Assembly (NCBI GenBank): GCA_963663385.2
Contig: CAXXXD010000001.1
Coordinates: 224,001 to 288,000, forward strand
DNA length: 64,000 nt
Reading direction: 5' to 3'
From: Oceanispirochaeta sp.
GTDB lineage: Bacteria; Spirochaetota; Spirochaetia; DSM-2461
This document shows, piece after piece, positions 37,392-47,688 of this stretch. Positions within the stretch are counted from its first letter, which is position 1, and each line of letters starts with the position of its first letter. Position numbers and translations under genes: made by a program. Below the pieces are notes generated by a model, which searched no databases, was not told where the DNA came from, and saw only the letters and a program-made list of their open reading frames with translations.

Positions 37392-39453
37392 GAGTCCTTT
37401 TCTCCTTAATAAAGATCAACTGTTCCTTGAGGACCCAGCCTTCCAGACCATACGCCGTATTCACCAGGATATAGTCTCCCTCTTCTTTCTTAAATGAAAC
37501 AGAAGTCCCCTCTGGAAGGGTCAGCCACTTGCTGCCGATCTCTTCGGGGATTTTTTTTACCATTCCTTCTTCTTTCAGAACAGCCAGAGGTCTGCTCAGA
37601 TAGAAGGACATCCGTCCCAGCTCAATTCCTGCAAAAAGGGAGAGGCTTATAAAAATCAGAAAGAGAGTCACCGGAACAGAAGACTTCCTTAAAAAACAGT
37701 AGGCTAAGGCGATCATTCCTCCATTAAATCCGAGGATAAGGATCAATAACAGCAAGTCCGGATGCACAAACATACTGATCCGGTGCTGATTATCAAGTTT
37801 CATCAGATCCTCCATTTTCTGGAGGGATTCATGGATCTGTCTGTTCATAGGCATCAGAATCATGGCATTTCTCAAATCGACAATGCCTTCAGCATGATCC
37901 CCGGAGAGAAATGAGAGGATCCCCCTGTTATACAGATAGCTGCCATTGTTCTCCCATCCAGCACTATTCGCCGTATAGGAATTCAGAGCTTCCCTATACT
38001 TTCCTTCGTGAAAAAGAGAATCGGCCCCACTTATCCAGGCGGGAGTATTCAGTGATGCGGCAGAAGCGGAGAGAAACAGACCGGCAAGGAGAAATACCGA
38101 CAGAAGAGAAGGCTTTAGCCGCCGGAAAGTTAATATGAGAATGAGAAAGAGCAAACCGGGAAGAAGAAACAGGTAAAGAAGAGGAGTGCGATAAAAGGTC
38201 CACCCCCGGGCCTGCCGGCTGTTATCCAGGTCCATCAGAAGAAAGCGGAATCCGGATTCCCCTCCCTCTGCGGCGAGATCACCGGCGACAGTAAAATCAA
38301 GGAGGGATTCAGGGCGGGTCTCTATACGCCCTGTTTTCTGATTCAGCCAGGAGTAGGATGGGATCCGAATCTCGTATTTTCCCAGGAGATCAGGCCGTAT
38401 GGTATAAACCTTTTCCAGAAATCCGGTAAACCCGTTCGGACCAGCATGAATCACCTGATTCTCCTTAATGGAAACAGAAAGCTCATCAGGGAAAACAGGC
38501 TCAGGCATATTCAGATAGTTCAGATTCCCGGTTCCCTCCAGCATAATATGCAGAGTAAGGCTGCTTCCGGGAACAACCCTGGACTCCGATAGCTCCACCG
38601 ATAAAGAGAAGGTTCCCACTGCTCCGGATCCTTCGGCCTCTTCCGGCAGAGCCTTTACCGGGATTTTTACCCTTTCCGTAGACCTTTCCACACCGGACAG
38701 ACGAACAGACGCAGAAGGTAGCGAGAGGACCCCGGGTTCCGATGGAGTCAGCATCCAGGTATCCATAGGTACGTTGAAAAGGGTTCTGTCGTTCAAACCA
38801 CGAAACCCGATATCACCCAGACCCTCCACATTCTCAAGGATGGCACCTCCGGGTGAAGAGAAAGAGACAGACTCAGGAAGATCAATCTCTTCCAGATTTT
38901 TCATAATCAGAACCATGGGAACCGATTGCCCCACATAGAGGCTTTCAGGAAGGCTCTCCCACTCCAGAATAAGGGGAAACCTCAAATGTCGTTCATCATT
39001 TTGGAGGACAGGAATAAATACCTCGTGAGTAGACAGGGGAGAAGGCAAGTCCCCCGGAAGAACTGCTGTAGGACGAGGACTGACTGTAACGGGAGGAATA
39101 CGGAAAATCCCGGCGGATTGACTTCTGAGTGTATAAATTACCTGAAGGACCGTTCCAAATGATCCATCCTCTTTCTGGATAGTCAGCTGTGCCGAATAAG
39201 GGCCGCTGACCTTCTGTATGCCTTCCGGCCACGAAGGATCCTGGATGGTTACCGGACGTTTCCCCGCATAGGGTGTAATAATCTTCAGAGTGAATCTCTG
39301 ATTTTCCAGAATAGCATCCTTCCATTCTGTTTTTAAATAATGCTCCTGCTCCTGAGAGAAAACAGAATGACCCGGTAGAAACAGCAACAGGACAAGCAGA
39401 AAGGAAACTACCAGTCGTTTTCTGAATCCGAACCACTTTCTTTCGACTTCCAC
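37381..39453 (-). CDS. BatD-like protein fused to a BatE-like TPR/SH3 C-terminus
   Basis: Ig-like BatD repeats (AVG.F.L; G.GNL), TM, TPR (YNRG), then L.EG.......G.EGWV SH3-like end; start uncertain. Confidence 0.72.
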   Translation of the reverse strand: MEVERKWFGFRKRLVVSFLLVLLLFLPGHSVFSQEQEHYLKTEWKDAILENQRFTLKIITPYAGKRPVTIQDPSWPEGIQKVSGPYSAQLTIQKEDGSFGTVLQVIYTLRSQSAGIFRIPPVTVSPRPTAVLPGDLPSPLSTHEVFIPVLQNDERHLRFPLILEWESLPESLYVGQSVPMVLIMKNLEEIDLPESVSFSSPGGAILENVEGLGDIGFRGLNDRTLFNVPMDTWMLTPSEPGVLSLPSASVRLSGVERSTERVKIPVKALPEEAEGSGAVGTFSLSVELSESRVVPGSSLTLHIMLEGTGNLNYLNMPEPVFPDELSVSIKENQVIHAGPNGFTGFLEKVYTIRPDLLGKYEIRIPSYSWLNQKTGRIETRPESLLDFTVAGDLAAEGGESGFRFLLMDLDNSRQARGWTFYRTPLLYLFLLPGLLFLILILTFRRLKPSLLSVFLLAGLFLSASAASLNTPAWISGADSLFHEGKYREALNSYTANSAGWENNGSYLYNRGILSFLSGDHAEGIVDLRNAMILMPMNRQIHESLQKMEDLMKLDNQHRISMFVHPDLLLLILILGFNGGMIALAYCFLRKSSVPVTLFLIFISLSLFAGIELGRMSFYLSRPLAVLKEEGMVKKIPEEIGSKWLTLPEGTSVSFKKEEGDYILVNTAYGLEGWVLKEQLIFIKEKRTLEF

Positions 39454-40013
39454 AGGCTTCCCTCCTTTCTTTTTATATACTGCAGAATTCTCCTGGCATC
39501 CTCTGACGTTTCAGGAACAGGATTTTCAGTCCGGAATTCTCCTGATCGGGCGTCCGCCTCCAACCGGTCGATGGTCAGTTCAAGGTTCTTTTTCGCATCC
39601 AGACTGCCTGTATCCAGTTCGAGGGCTGTTCTGAATGCCCTGTATGCTTCCGGATAATTACCCAGCTGGTAATGGATCACACCAGTATTGAAGACCGTAT
39701 TGAAGACCGTATTGAAACTTACCTCCGAATCCCGGTCACTATCGATTTCCGCCCAGATCTGCAGCGCCGCATGACCCTCTCCCAGGGCATAGTAGACGTT
39801 CCCCACATTGTATGAGATCCTGCCGCGGTATTTTCCTGTGTCCTCACCTTTCAGATAGAACAGCAGAGCATCCTGGTAACGCCCCTGCTGATAAAAGTAA
39901 TTTCCCCGTAAAACGGAAAACCCCGGTTCCAGCACAGTACAGGATCCCAGCAGGAAAAACAGGATTCCCGACAGGGAAACAGATAAAAATCGTTTTAAAA
40001 CCATTTGGACCAC
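39408..40013 (-). CDS. BatC-like TPR protein
   Basis: GN..Y..G.Y..A, YN.GN.YY, AKKNLEL. Confidence 0.78.
   Translation of the reverse strand: MVQMVLKRFLSVSLSGILFFLLGSCTVLEPGFSVLRGNYFYQQGRYQDALLFYLKGEDTGKYRGRISYNVGNVYYALGEGHAALQIWAEIDSDRDSEVSFNTVFNTVFNTGVIHYQLGNYPEAYRAFRTALELDTGSLDAKKNLELTIDRLEADARSGEFRTENPVPETSEDARRILQYIKRKEGSLWKSKESGSDSENDW
39685..39716. repeat. 12-bp tandem repeat (about 2.7 copies) inside the batC-like gene
   Basis: GTATTGAAGACC GTATTGAAGACC GTATTGAA, encoding FNTVFNTVFNT. Confidence 0.9.
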
Positions 40014-40984
40014 CTGATGCCGCCAAGAAAAAGATTCACAGCCAGAGAGAGCAGAGCCAGAATAATAAAAATTCTGAACTGATACTGATCCAGATATTTA
40101 ATTCCCTCGGCCCCCTGACCTTCTGTTAATTCATGCAGAGACGTAGTAATCTCTCCCAGCGAGCGGGGATCGGACAGATTATAGTAGGCCCCATCCGAGA
40201 GATCGGCCAAATTCCTGAGGATCTCTTCATTCAGACGGGAAACAACCGGCTGCCCTCCTGAGTCTTTAATAACATCGCCGTTTTCATCCCGTAGAATAAT
40301 CCCCTCTGTCGAGCCGGCTCCCAGAATAAAAAGGGGAATCTCTCTCAAATAGGCTTCACGGGCGGCATCTCCCGGATCCCCCTGAAGGGATTCTCCATCT
40401 GTTACAAGTAGAATAGCCTGTTTCCCCGGAGAACCTGCCGGAAAAGCCTCTATGGCTGAACGAAGCCCCAATTCGATATCTGACCCGGGAACGGTATAGA
40501 GATCGGGGGAGAGACTTATCAATCCCGTCTCCAACTGGATATGGTCCTCTGTCAAAGGGACCAGGATCTCACCCTTGCCCTTAAAAATTACAATCCCGGC
40601 TCTTATACCTTCAAAAGAATTCAGAATTGAAGCGAGGCTCTCCGCCGAACGGCTCAACCGGGAGGGCTTGATATCATCAGCCAGCATACTCCGGGAAACA
40701 TCGGCTGCAATAATCAGATCAAAACCGGAACTTTCATCCTTTGCGGTTATTTTTCCCCAACTCATACCAGCCAGAGCCAATATTGTAAAAATCAGGAACA
40801 GGTAGATAGTAACCCAATAGATCAGGGTCTTGATAAAGTAGATCTGCCGGCTCTCACTGCTCCGCCAGGAACCTGCCAGAACGCCCAGGGATTTCGTTCC
40901 TTTCCGATAATTCAGAACGGCAGGGATAAGCATTACAAAAAGAATAAGGAAAAGCCAGAATGTTTCAGGATACAGTATTTTCAC
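39995..40984 (-). CDS. BatB-like vWA domain protein
   Basis: DVSRSMLA.D..PSRL, PLT.D, TDGE, G..V.SRL.E..L. Confidence 0.85.
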   Translation of the reverse strand: MKILYPETFWLFLILFVMLIPAVLNYRKGTKSLGVLAGSWRSSESRQIYFIKTLIYWVTIYLFLIFTILALAGMSWGKITAKDESSGFDLIIAADVSRSMLADDIKPSRLSRSAESLASILNSFEGIRAGIVIFKGKGEILVPLTEDHIQLETGLISLSPDLYTVPGSDIELGLRSAIEAFPAGSPGKQAILLVTDGESLQGDPGDAAREAYLREIPLFILGAGSTEGIILRDENGDVIKDSGGQPVVSRLNEEILRNLADLSDGAYYNLSDPRSLGEITTSLHELTEGQGAEGIKYLDQYQFRIFIILALLSLAVNLFLGGIRWSKWF

Positions 40985-41982
40985 AGAACCTCCCGAAAAA
41001 GGATCTTTCTGATGAAAAAATCAAACAGGATAAACAGCAGCCCAAGAGATATAAACCATCTATAAACAGGAATATTGCGTACATGGATTCTGACCCGTTC
41101 TTCCATTGTTTCCAGAGAATCAATGGAGCGGAACACGGCTTCAAGGGAACCGGGAGTAAAGGCCCGGTAGAAACTGCCCCCCCCTGTCTCAGAAAGCTTT
41201 ACCAGAAAAGATTCATTAAATTTACTCCGCTGGATACCGGAGATCAGTTTTCCCGTTTCCGGATGAATAAATTCAAAGGGAATCTCCCCCTCCGAACCTA
41301 TCCCGATAACATAAATTCGAATTCCCATCTGAGCCGCCATGGAAGCCGCGGCCATGGGCTGGATCTCACCGGCATTATTATCACCGTCAGTCAAAAGAAC
41401 GATAACTTTTTCTGATGCGGAACTGTCCGATAAATGGAGAGCTGCCACGGAGAGTCCCATCCCGATGGCGGTTCCCTCTCCCAGTTCAAGAATCTTCATA
41501 TCCTCAAGACGGGTCAGAAAGGTATCGTAGTCTGTTGTCGGCGGCACCCTGAGAACAGCTTCATCACCGAACCCTACAAGCCCGACCCCGTCATTCTTCC
41601 TCCCCATAACAAATTTACGGATCATGCTTTTTGCAGCATCCAAACGGTTATGGGGGGGGAAATCACTGGCAGCCATACTGGGAGACTGATCCAGTACAAT
41701 CATGATATCTACCCCGCGATTAAGGTATACTTTTTCATGAAGGCTGATATTGGGACCTGCCAGAGATCCCACGAGCAGACAGACTCCTCCCCAGAAGAAC
41801 AGGGAGGAAAGGAAAAGCAGGCTTTTTACGGTCTTCTGTGGTGCCGTGAATATCCCTTTTCTCCAGATGGCAATCGATGTACGCAGAGAACGGCCTGAAA
41901 CCAGGTTAATATGCCGAAAATAGATAAAGGGAGGAATGAGGATAAAAAGGAGGAAATATCCCGGAGCATCAAAGGTCAGCAT
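40981..41982 (-). CDS. BatA-like vWA domain protein
   Basis: MIDAS DQSPSM, GTAIG, LLTDG.NN.G.I.P. Confidence 0.87.
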   Translation of the reverse strand: MLTFDAPGYFLLFILIPPFIYFRHINLVSGRSLRTSIAIWRKGIFTAPQKTVKSLLFLSSLFFWGGVCLLVGSLAGPNISLHEKVYLNRGVDIMIVLDQSPSMAASDFPPHNRLDAAKSMIRKFVMGRKNDGVGLVGFGDEAVLRVPPTTDYDTFLTRLEDMKILELGEGTAIGMGLSVAALHLSDSSASEKVIVLLTDGDNNAGEIQPMAAASMAAQMGIRIYVIGIGSEGEIPFEFIHPETGKLISGIQRSKFNESFLVKLSETGGGSFYRAFTPGSLEAVFRSIDSLETMEERVRIHVRNIPVYRWFISLGLLFILFDFFIRKILFREVL

Positions 41983-42856
41983 GCTTTTTCCTCCAGTTCT
42001 CCAGCTCAACAGAGATCTGCTCCGCTTCGCTCAGCATACCGTCCCTTTCGGGGCGAGTCATTTCCTCTCCGGCAAATTTTACCCGGTCCACCCTGTGAAA
42101 TAGATTTAACAGAGTCAGATACAGGGGTTCGTAAACAGTAGACCCCCGGAAGACCCTCTCCATCTCAGTTGTTGTGAGAGTTGTGAAATCCTGATGGAAC
42201 CGTGTAGACAGGTAGCTCTTAAGACCGTCTGTATACAGGGTAAAAAACTCTTTATCGGACATATCGTTCAGGGTCAGGCGGATTTTTTTCAGGAGCCGGA
42301 GAAACTTTCTGTATGGCAGATTCAATCTGTAGGAGTATACAAGAGCTCCGGTTCTTTTCTTCAGGAATTTAAAGAAAAGAATAATGAGCAGGGGCAGACA
42401 CAGAAGAGCGGAAAAAATCACTGCTCCTGTAACCCTTGTTCCAGGAATGATAAGATTATTACGGATACCGGAAAGTTCCCGTTCCGCATCTCCTCCCAGA
42501 ACAGAAGAGGTATAAATCTTGATGTCCTTCAGAGTCAAGTCACCTAACTCAAGAGCGGGAAGGGTTCTGGTCCCCGGATAGTAGGGGATAAAACGAATGG
42601 TGATCTCATGATCCCCGCCCTGCTTCGCTATACGGAGAGAGAGAAGCTTTACCCAACCCGGATCCGGAAGATTTTCGGGAACAGTCAAATCACGATTCCC
42701 GGTCGTGCGGAGTGTAAACTTCAATTCGACCGTATCTCCTACATAATAATCGGGAGGAAGAAAGTGGGCATTCAGCTGCTGGTACTCCTGAGCAGGTAAG
42801 GCCGTAAAGCAAAAAAAGAAAAGAAAAATAATAAAAAAGATCTGTTTCCCCGTCAA
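41969..42856 (-). CDS. Conserved bat-operon membrane protein
   Basis: Signal peptide, Ig-like part, TM, LTT.E and D.VKFA motifs; position within the bat operon. Confidence 0.7.
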   Translation of the reverse strand: MTGKQIFFIIFLFFFCFTALPAQEYQQLNAHFLPPDYYVGDTVELKFTLRTTGNRDLTVPENLPDPGWVKLLSLRIAKQGGDHEITIRFIPYYPGTRTLPALELGDLTLKDIKIYTSSVLGGDAERELSGIRNNLIIPGTRVTGAVIFSALLCLPLLIILFFKFLKKRTGALVYSYRLNLPYRKFLRLLKKIRLTLNDMSDKEFFTLYTDGLKSYLSTRFHQDFTTLTTTEMERVFRGSTVYEPLYLTLLNLFHRVDRVKFAGEEMTRPERDGMLSEAEQISVELENWRKKHADL

Positions 42857-43722
42857 TGGCTTTTCCTTTTTTCAAAAAAGTGCAGAAGCCGTGCGGCCGG
42901 ATCATCTTCTGTGGAAATCTCCAGAGTATCGACTCCGGCGGATTGACAGTTTTTCCGCCAGAGATACCGTTCATGTTCCCAGAACTTCCTGTAAGAAGCC
43001 CTCATCCCCCTGGTCCCGACACCCTGCCAGCGCATACCGGATTCCGGGTCCTCAAGGGAGATCAGTCCGGTGGAAGGAAATTCATGATCCAGAGGATCTG
43101 TCAGACGAATGGCTATTACATCATGTTTCCGGGCCAGATGGGCCAGTTCTTTTCTATAGGACGAAGTCCTGAAATCGGACAGGATTATACAGATCCCCCG
43201 TCTTTTCATAGTCTGAGCTGCCGTAGTAAGAGCAAGAGCAAGATTGGATCCGTTTCCGCCCTCTTCTACAGAGAGGATCTGGGTTATCTGCTTTAAAACA
43301 TGTTTCTTCCCTTTACGGGGTGGAATCTGTTCCTCCACCTTATCCGAAAATAAAAGGCAGCCTACTTTATCATTATTCGCAACCGCGGCCAGAGCAACCA
43401 GAGTGAAGACATGCCCGGCCAGCTCCCTTTTGTTAATGCTGCCGCCGCTGTAATAGAGAGAACATGAAGTATCTATCAGAACCTGCAGAACGACCTCTCT
43501 TTCCTCCCGGAAAGTTTTCGTAAAGGGAGTACTCATCCGGGATGTTACATTCCAGTCTATAAAACGGGGGTCATCCCCCCAGGAATATTCACGTACATCG
43601 TCGAATTCCAGCCCGGGCCCCTTAAAAACCGAGTGGTAGTTACCGGCAAAAATGGTATCCACCAGCTTACGGGATATAAAATGGAGGTGTTTTACCTTAT
43701 TGGCAATATTCTGATTATCCAT
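42853..43722 (-). CDS. DUF58 domain protein
   Basis: G.Y.S.FKG.GLEF..VREY..GDD.R.IDWNVT.R. Confidence 0.92.
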   Translation of the reverse strand: MDNQNIANKVKHLHFISRKLVDTIFAGNYHSVFKGPGLEFDDVREYSWGDDPRFIDWNVTSRMSTPFTKTFREEREVVLQVLIDTSCSLYYSGGSINKRELAGHVFTLVALAAVANNDKVGCLLFSDKVEEQIPPRKGKKHVLKQITQILSVEEGGNGSNLALALTTAAQTMKRRGICIILSDFRTSSYRKELAHLARKHDVIAIRLTDPLDHEFPSTGLISLEDPESGMRWQGVGTRGMRASYRKFWEHERYLWRKNCQSAGVDTLEISTEDDPAARLLHFFEKRKSH

Positions 43723-43724
43723 TA

Positions 43725-44708
43725 TCAGGGAACCGTTACGGCCGCCAGTATATCGCGGATCACATCGTCGCTGCTCATTTCTTCAGCTTCCGCTTCGTAG
43801 GAGAGAACGATTCTGTGCCTGAGGACATTGAAGGCCACGGCTTTAACATCTTCGGGCATGACAAATTCCCGCCCTTCGAACAGAGCCTGCACACGGGAAC
43901 AGTTGTAAAGGGCTATTGAAGCCCTGGGAGAAGCCCCGAATTCAATATACCGGGAGAATGGCAGCTGATGACGTCCTTTGACACGGGAGGCATTTACAAT
44001 GGAAACAATGTATTTTCTGATACTTTCCTCCACACGGACAGATTCGGCGGTCTCCTTGATATCCTGAATGGCAAAGCGGTTGAAGACTTTCCGGATAACA
44101 AGCTCTTCCGGGTTTTCCAGCTGATCCAGGATGGCCAGCTCTTCCTGGGGAGAGGGATAATCCACCTTCAGTTTCATGATAAACCGGTCCAGCTGCGCTT
44201 CAGGTAGCTGGTAGGTTCCCTCCTGCTCAATCGGGTTCTGTGTGGCAAGAACAAAGAACGGATCGGCCAGGCGATAGGTGTTGTCACCTATGGTAACCTG
44301 ATTTTCCGCCATTGCTTCCAGAAGGGCGGACTGAACTTTCGCCGGAGCCCTGTTAATTTCATCAGCCAGGATGATATTTGTAAAAACCGGCCCTTTACGG
44401 GGGACAAACTCTCCTGTTTGAGGACGGTAGATCATGGTACCGGTCAAATCCGCCGGCAGTAGATCGGGAGTAAATTGTATCCGTTTGAAATCCGCATTCA
44501 AAACATCCGCAACGGTCCGGACCATCAGAGTTTTCGCCAGACCGGGGACGCCCTCTACAAGAACATGTCCTCCTGTGATAATCCCCATCAGAAGACCGTT
44601 AACCATCTCCTGCTGACCGATTATACGCTTACCGATTTCATCCCGGGCAGATTGAAGCAGTCTGGAGGCATCGGCTATTTTATCTTTCAGTACTTTTTCT
44701 TCGCTCAT
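43725..44708 (-). CDS. moxR: MoxR-family AAA+ ATPase
   Basis: EGVPGLAKT, RIQFTPDLLPAD, DEINRAPAKVQSALLE, GASPRA. Confidence 0.95.
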   Translation of the reverse strand: MSEEKVLKDKIADASRLLQSARDEIGKRIIGQQEMVNGLLMGIITGGHVLVEGVPGLAKTLMVRTVADVLNADFKRIQFTPDLLPADLTGTMIYRPQTGEFVPRKGPVFTNIILADEINRAPAKVQSALLEAMAENQVTIGDNTYRLADPFFVLATQNPIEQEGTYQLPEAQLDRFIMKLKVDYPSPQEELAILDQLENPEELVIRKVFNRFAIQDIKETAESVRVEESIRKYIVSIVNASRVKGRHQLPFSRYIEFGASPRASIALYNCSRVQALFEGREFVMPEDVKAVAFNVLRHRIVLSYEAEAEEMSSDDVIRDILAAVTVP

Positions 44709-44730
44709 GAACTATCCTTTACTTTTTATC

Positions 44731-46014
44731 TTATGTTCTGTAGTCGGCGTTTTCCCTGACATACTCATAACTCAAATCCGAACCGGTAACAGAGGCGCTG
44801 GCAGTTCCCAGGCCGAGGGCGACATCTATTTCCACCACACCGTCATGCTCCGGATAGCCGGGACAGGGCGACGGGAGGCTGAGGGATTTCAGATATTCAC
44901 TCAATCGGATTTCTTTTTCCGAATCCAGATGAAATTCCCCTTCCGAAAAAACGATCTCGCTTCCGAGACGGATCCTGACAGCCCTCTCATCCAGGAGGAT
45001 TCCCGCATTGCCGGCATAGTCTCCGACAGCCTGAACAAAACGGCCCACATTCGGGTCATTACCATAGATCGCTGTTTTCGTTAGAGGTGAGTTTATCAGA
45101 GCCTTGCCGAAAGCAACGGCCTGTTTTTCCGATTCTGCGGCATTGACTGTTACCCTTATAACATGCGCCGTACCCTCTCCGTTACGGACAACATCCTCTG
45201 CCAGGGCGCTGCACAGGGAAAAAAGAGACTGTTCAAACTGCTCTTCCGTTACAGAAGGTTTTCGTCCGGAAGAGAAGAGAAAGACTGAGTCGCTTGTGCT
45301 CTGATCGCTGTCGACGGAGATTCTGTTAAAAGTCCGGTCTGCCACACGATTCAGAATCTCTCTTAAAGCCTGCCTCTCAATCTGTATATCCGTCATCAGG
45401 AAGACCAGCATAGTGGCCATATTGGGCTCTATCATACCGGCCCCTTTGGCCATCCCGCAAATAGTACCGCTTCCAAGCTTAAGCGAACGAAGCTTGGGAA
45501 AGGTGTCGGTTGTCATAATCCCCTGTGCCGCAGGCAGGGCGGAACGTGCCTGGAGAGATTCGGCCAGAGCCGGAAGGCTTCCTATCATTGCATTCACAGG
45601 CAAAGACCAGCCGATGACGCCAGTAGAAGAGGGGAACAGAGGAGCCTTAATACGTTCCGGCATCTGCCCGCCCAGGGCATCTGTTACACTTAGAGCGGCT
45701 TCATACCCCCCCGGCGCACAGACATTGGCAATTTTATTATTGACCAGAACGCCCTGAACCTTCTTTTCATTCAGCAGTTCGCGGCCGATCCTGACAGGAT
45801 ACCCGGGAAAGGCATTCCTTGTAAAAACAGCCGCAAAAGACTCGGTAGGTTCATCCAGAATAAGGGCTGTCATATTCATGGCAGCACCGGGACCGTTCCG
45901 GCGTTCAACCGGAGTGAATATCAGAGATGTAACACCGATCTGAAACCCTTCGGGCAGATTATTATGGCTTTCCAGATAGGAAAGATAAGACTCGGGGGAA
46001 CTGAACTTTTTCAT
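44731..46014 (-). CDS. argJ: Ornithine acetyltransferase / N-acetylglutamate synthase
   Basis: STGVIG, IMTTDT.PK, KGAGMI.PNMATML (autocleavage Thr), GEG, SPL.KTA..G.DPN.GR. Confidence 0.93.
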   Translation of the reverse strand: MKKFSSPESYLSYLESHNNLPEGFQIGVTSLIFTPVERRNGPGAAMNMTALILDEPTESFAAVFTRNAFPGYPVRIGRELLNEKKVQGVLVNNKIANVCAPGGYEAALSVTDALGGQMPERIKAPLFPSSTGVIGWSLPVNAMIGSLPALAESLQARSALPAAQGIMTTDTFPKLRSLKLGSGTICGMAKGAGMIEPNMATMLVFLMTDIQIERQALREILNRVADRTFNRISVDSDQSTSDSVFLFSSGRKPSVTEEQFEQSLFSLCSALAEDVVRNGEGTAHVIRVTVNAAESEKQAVAFGKALINSPLTKTAIYGNDPNVGRFVQAVGDYAGNAGILLDERAVRIRLGSEIVFSEGEFHLDSEKEIRLSEYLKSLSLPSPCPGYPEHDGVVEIDVALGLGTASASVTGSDLSYEYVRENADYRT

Positions 46015-46022
46015 AACACCCT

Positions 46023-46051
46023 ATCATAACGGTTTGAGCCATAAAGGTCTA
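46023..46051 (-). promoter_or_regulatory. Sigma70-like promoter of argJ (and possibly the moxR-bat genes)
   Basis: TAGACC-N17-TATGAT, 8 nt before the ATG. Confidence 0.55.
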
Positions 46052-46188
46052 TTATTCCCATAAAGAACAACCCGGGCCGCATACCCGGACAGTGATTCGC
46101 AGGATTATGCCCCGTACCGGGTCCGGCCGGGGAATTCCTGTTTGACAATAGACGGCTATTCAGTGTTCAATTGACTCCGGAGGCCCCC

Positions 46189-47685
46189 ATGGCACATACA
46201 TTAATGATTCAGGGAACCTGCTCTGATGCAGGGAAAAGCATACTGGTAGCGGCCCTTTGCCGCATCTACACCCGCAGAGGATACAAGGTATCTCCCTTTA
46301 AATCCCAGAACATGGCATTGAATTCCTTTGTTACCCCGGAAGGAGAGGAAATAGGACGGGCCCAGGCCGTGCAGGCACAGGCGGCCTGCCGGGAACCTCA
46401 TATCGATATGAACCCTGTTCTATTGAAGCCGGAAGGGAATTCCCGGTCCCAGGTTATTCTCATGGGCAAACCATGGAAAACCCTGGCCGCCGCCGATTAC
46501 TATAAGGCCAAGCCGGAGTTGTGGAGTGAAGTTACCGGGGCGATGGACCGGCTCTGCGCCGAGAATGATATTGTGATTGCGGAGGGAGCCGGAAGCCCGG
46601 CGGAAATTAACCTTAAAGCTCATGAAATTGTCAATATGGCGGTGGCCCGCTACCTGAAAGCTCCCGTTCTCCTGGCGGGGGATATTGACAGGGGCGGTGT
46701 TTTTGCCTCCCTGTATGGAACGCTGGAACTGATGGACGAGGACCGGGAGATGATCCGGGGCTTCCTGATCAATAAATTCCGGGGAGATCCCGCCCTGCTA
46801 ATGCCCGGAATCGACATGCTGACCGAAAGATGCAAGGGGGTTCCGACCCTGGGGATTATCCCCTATATTCCGGACATCTATCTGGCCCAGGAAGACTCCG
46901 TATTTATTGAGAAGAACCGGCGGTGGGGCGACGAAGATGGAATAGACATCGCCGTAATCAGATTTCCCCGGCTTTCCAACTACGACGACCTCGACCCCTT
47001 CCTCAGAGAAAAGGGTATCCGTATTCGGTTTGTAAGCAGTACAGCAGAGCTGGGAAGACCCGCTGCGGTTATCCTGCCGGGTTCCAAAACAACAATTGGG
47101 GACCTGCAGTGGCTCAGGGAAACCGGGTTGTTTTCCGCCATACAGAGCCTGGGGCGGAAAGGGACCGCCGTGGTCGGTATCTGCGGCGGATATCAGATAA
47201 TGGGAACCCGGATAGGCGACCGGGAGGGAATAGAAGGAGTGGGCGGCAGCGAAGAGGGGTTGGGGCTGCTGCCTGTAGAAACTGATTTTTCCAGAGAGAA
47301 GACAACGGTCCGCACCAGAGGACAACTGGGAAGGGGTGACGGCTTTCTCAGAAACCTGAAGGGAGAATCCCTGCAGGGCTATGAGATCCATATGGGAGAA
47401 AGCCGGATATGCGGCAAGGCAGTTCCTCTCTATACAAGGGAAGACGGAACTGCGGACGGCGCCGTTTCCGCGGGCGGGAAATACTGGGGCAGCTATATGC
47501 ATGGGATATTTGACAACCTGCCCCTTAGAAGGGCTTTTCTCATGTCCCTGGGATGGGAGCCGGCAGAAGCCGGAGAAACAGAAGAAGTACTCAGGGAACG
47601 GGAGTTCGAACGGATAGCCGATGCGGTTGAAGAAGCTCTGGATATGGATACCCTTGACCGCATGATCGGGTTGAAACAGGATTAG
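46189..47685 (+). CDS. cobQ: Cobyric acid synthase
   Basis: QGT.SDAGKS, PFKSQNMALN, EGAGSPAEINL, DIDRGG, GICGGYQ, GYEIHMG, Y.HGIF. Confidence 0.95.
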   Translation: MAHTLMIQGTCSDAGKSILVAALCRIYTRRGYKVSPFKSQNMALNSFVTPEGEEIGRAQAVQAQAACREPHIDMNPVLLKPEGNSRSQVILMGKPWKTLAAADYYKAKPELWSEVTGAMDRLCAENDIVIAEGAGSPAEINLKAHEIVNMAVARYLKAPVLLAGDIDRGGVFASLYGTLELMDEDREMIRGFLINKFRGDPALLMPGIDMLTERCKGVPTLGIIPYIPDIYLAQEDSVFIEKNRRWGDEDGIDIAVIRFPRLSNYDDLDPFLREKGIRIRFVSSTAELGRPAAVILPGSKTTIGDLQWLRETGLFSAIQSLGRKGTAVVGICGGYQIMGTRIGDREGIEGVGGSEEGLGLLPVETDFSREKTTVRTRGQLGRGDGFLRNLKGESLQGYEIHMGESRICGKAVPLYTREDGTADGAVSAGGKYWGSYMHGIFDNLPLRRAFLMSLGWEPAEAGETEEVLREREFERIADAVEEALDMDTLDRMIGLKQD

Positions 47686-47688
47686 TTC

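Noticed and set aside
46055..46185. GC hairpins upstream of cobQ as a cobalamin riboswitch
   Set aside because: No recognisable B12-box or conserved core; a TTGACA lies only ~45 nt before the ATG
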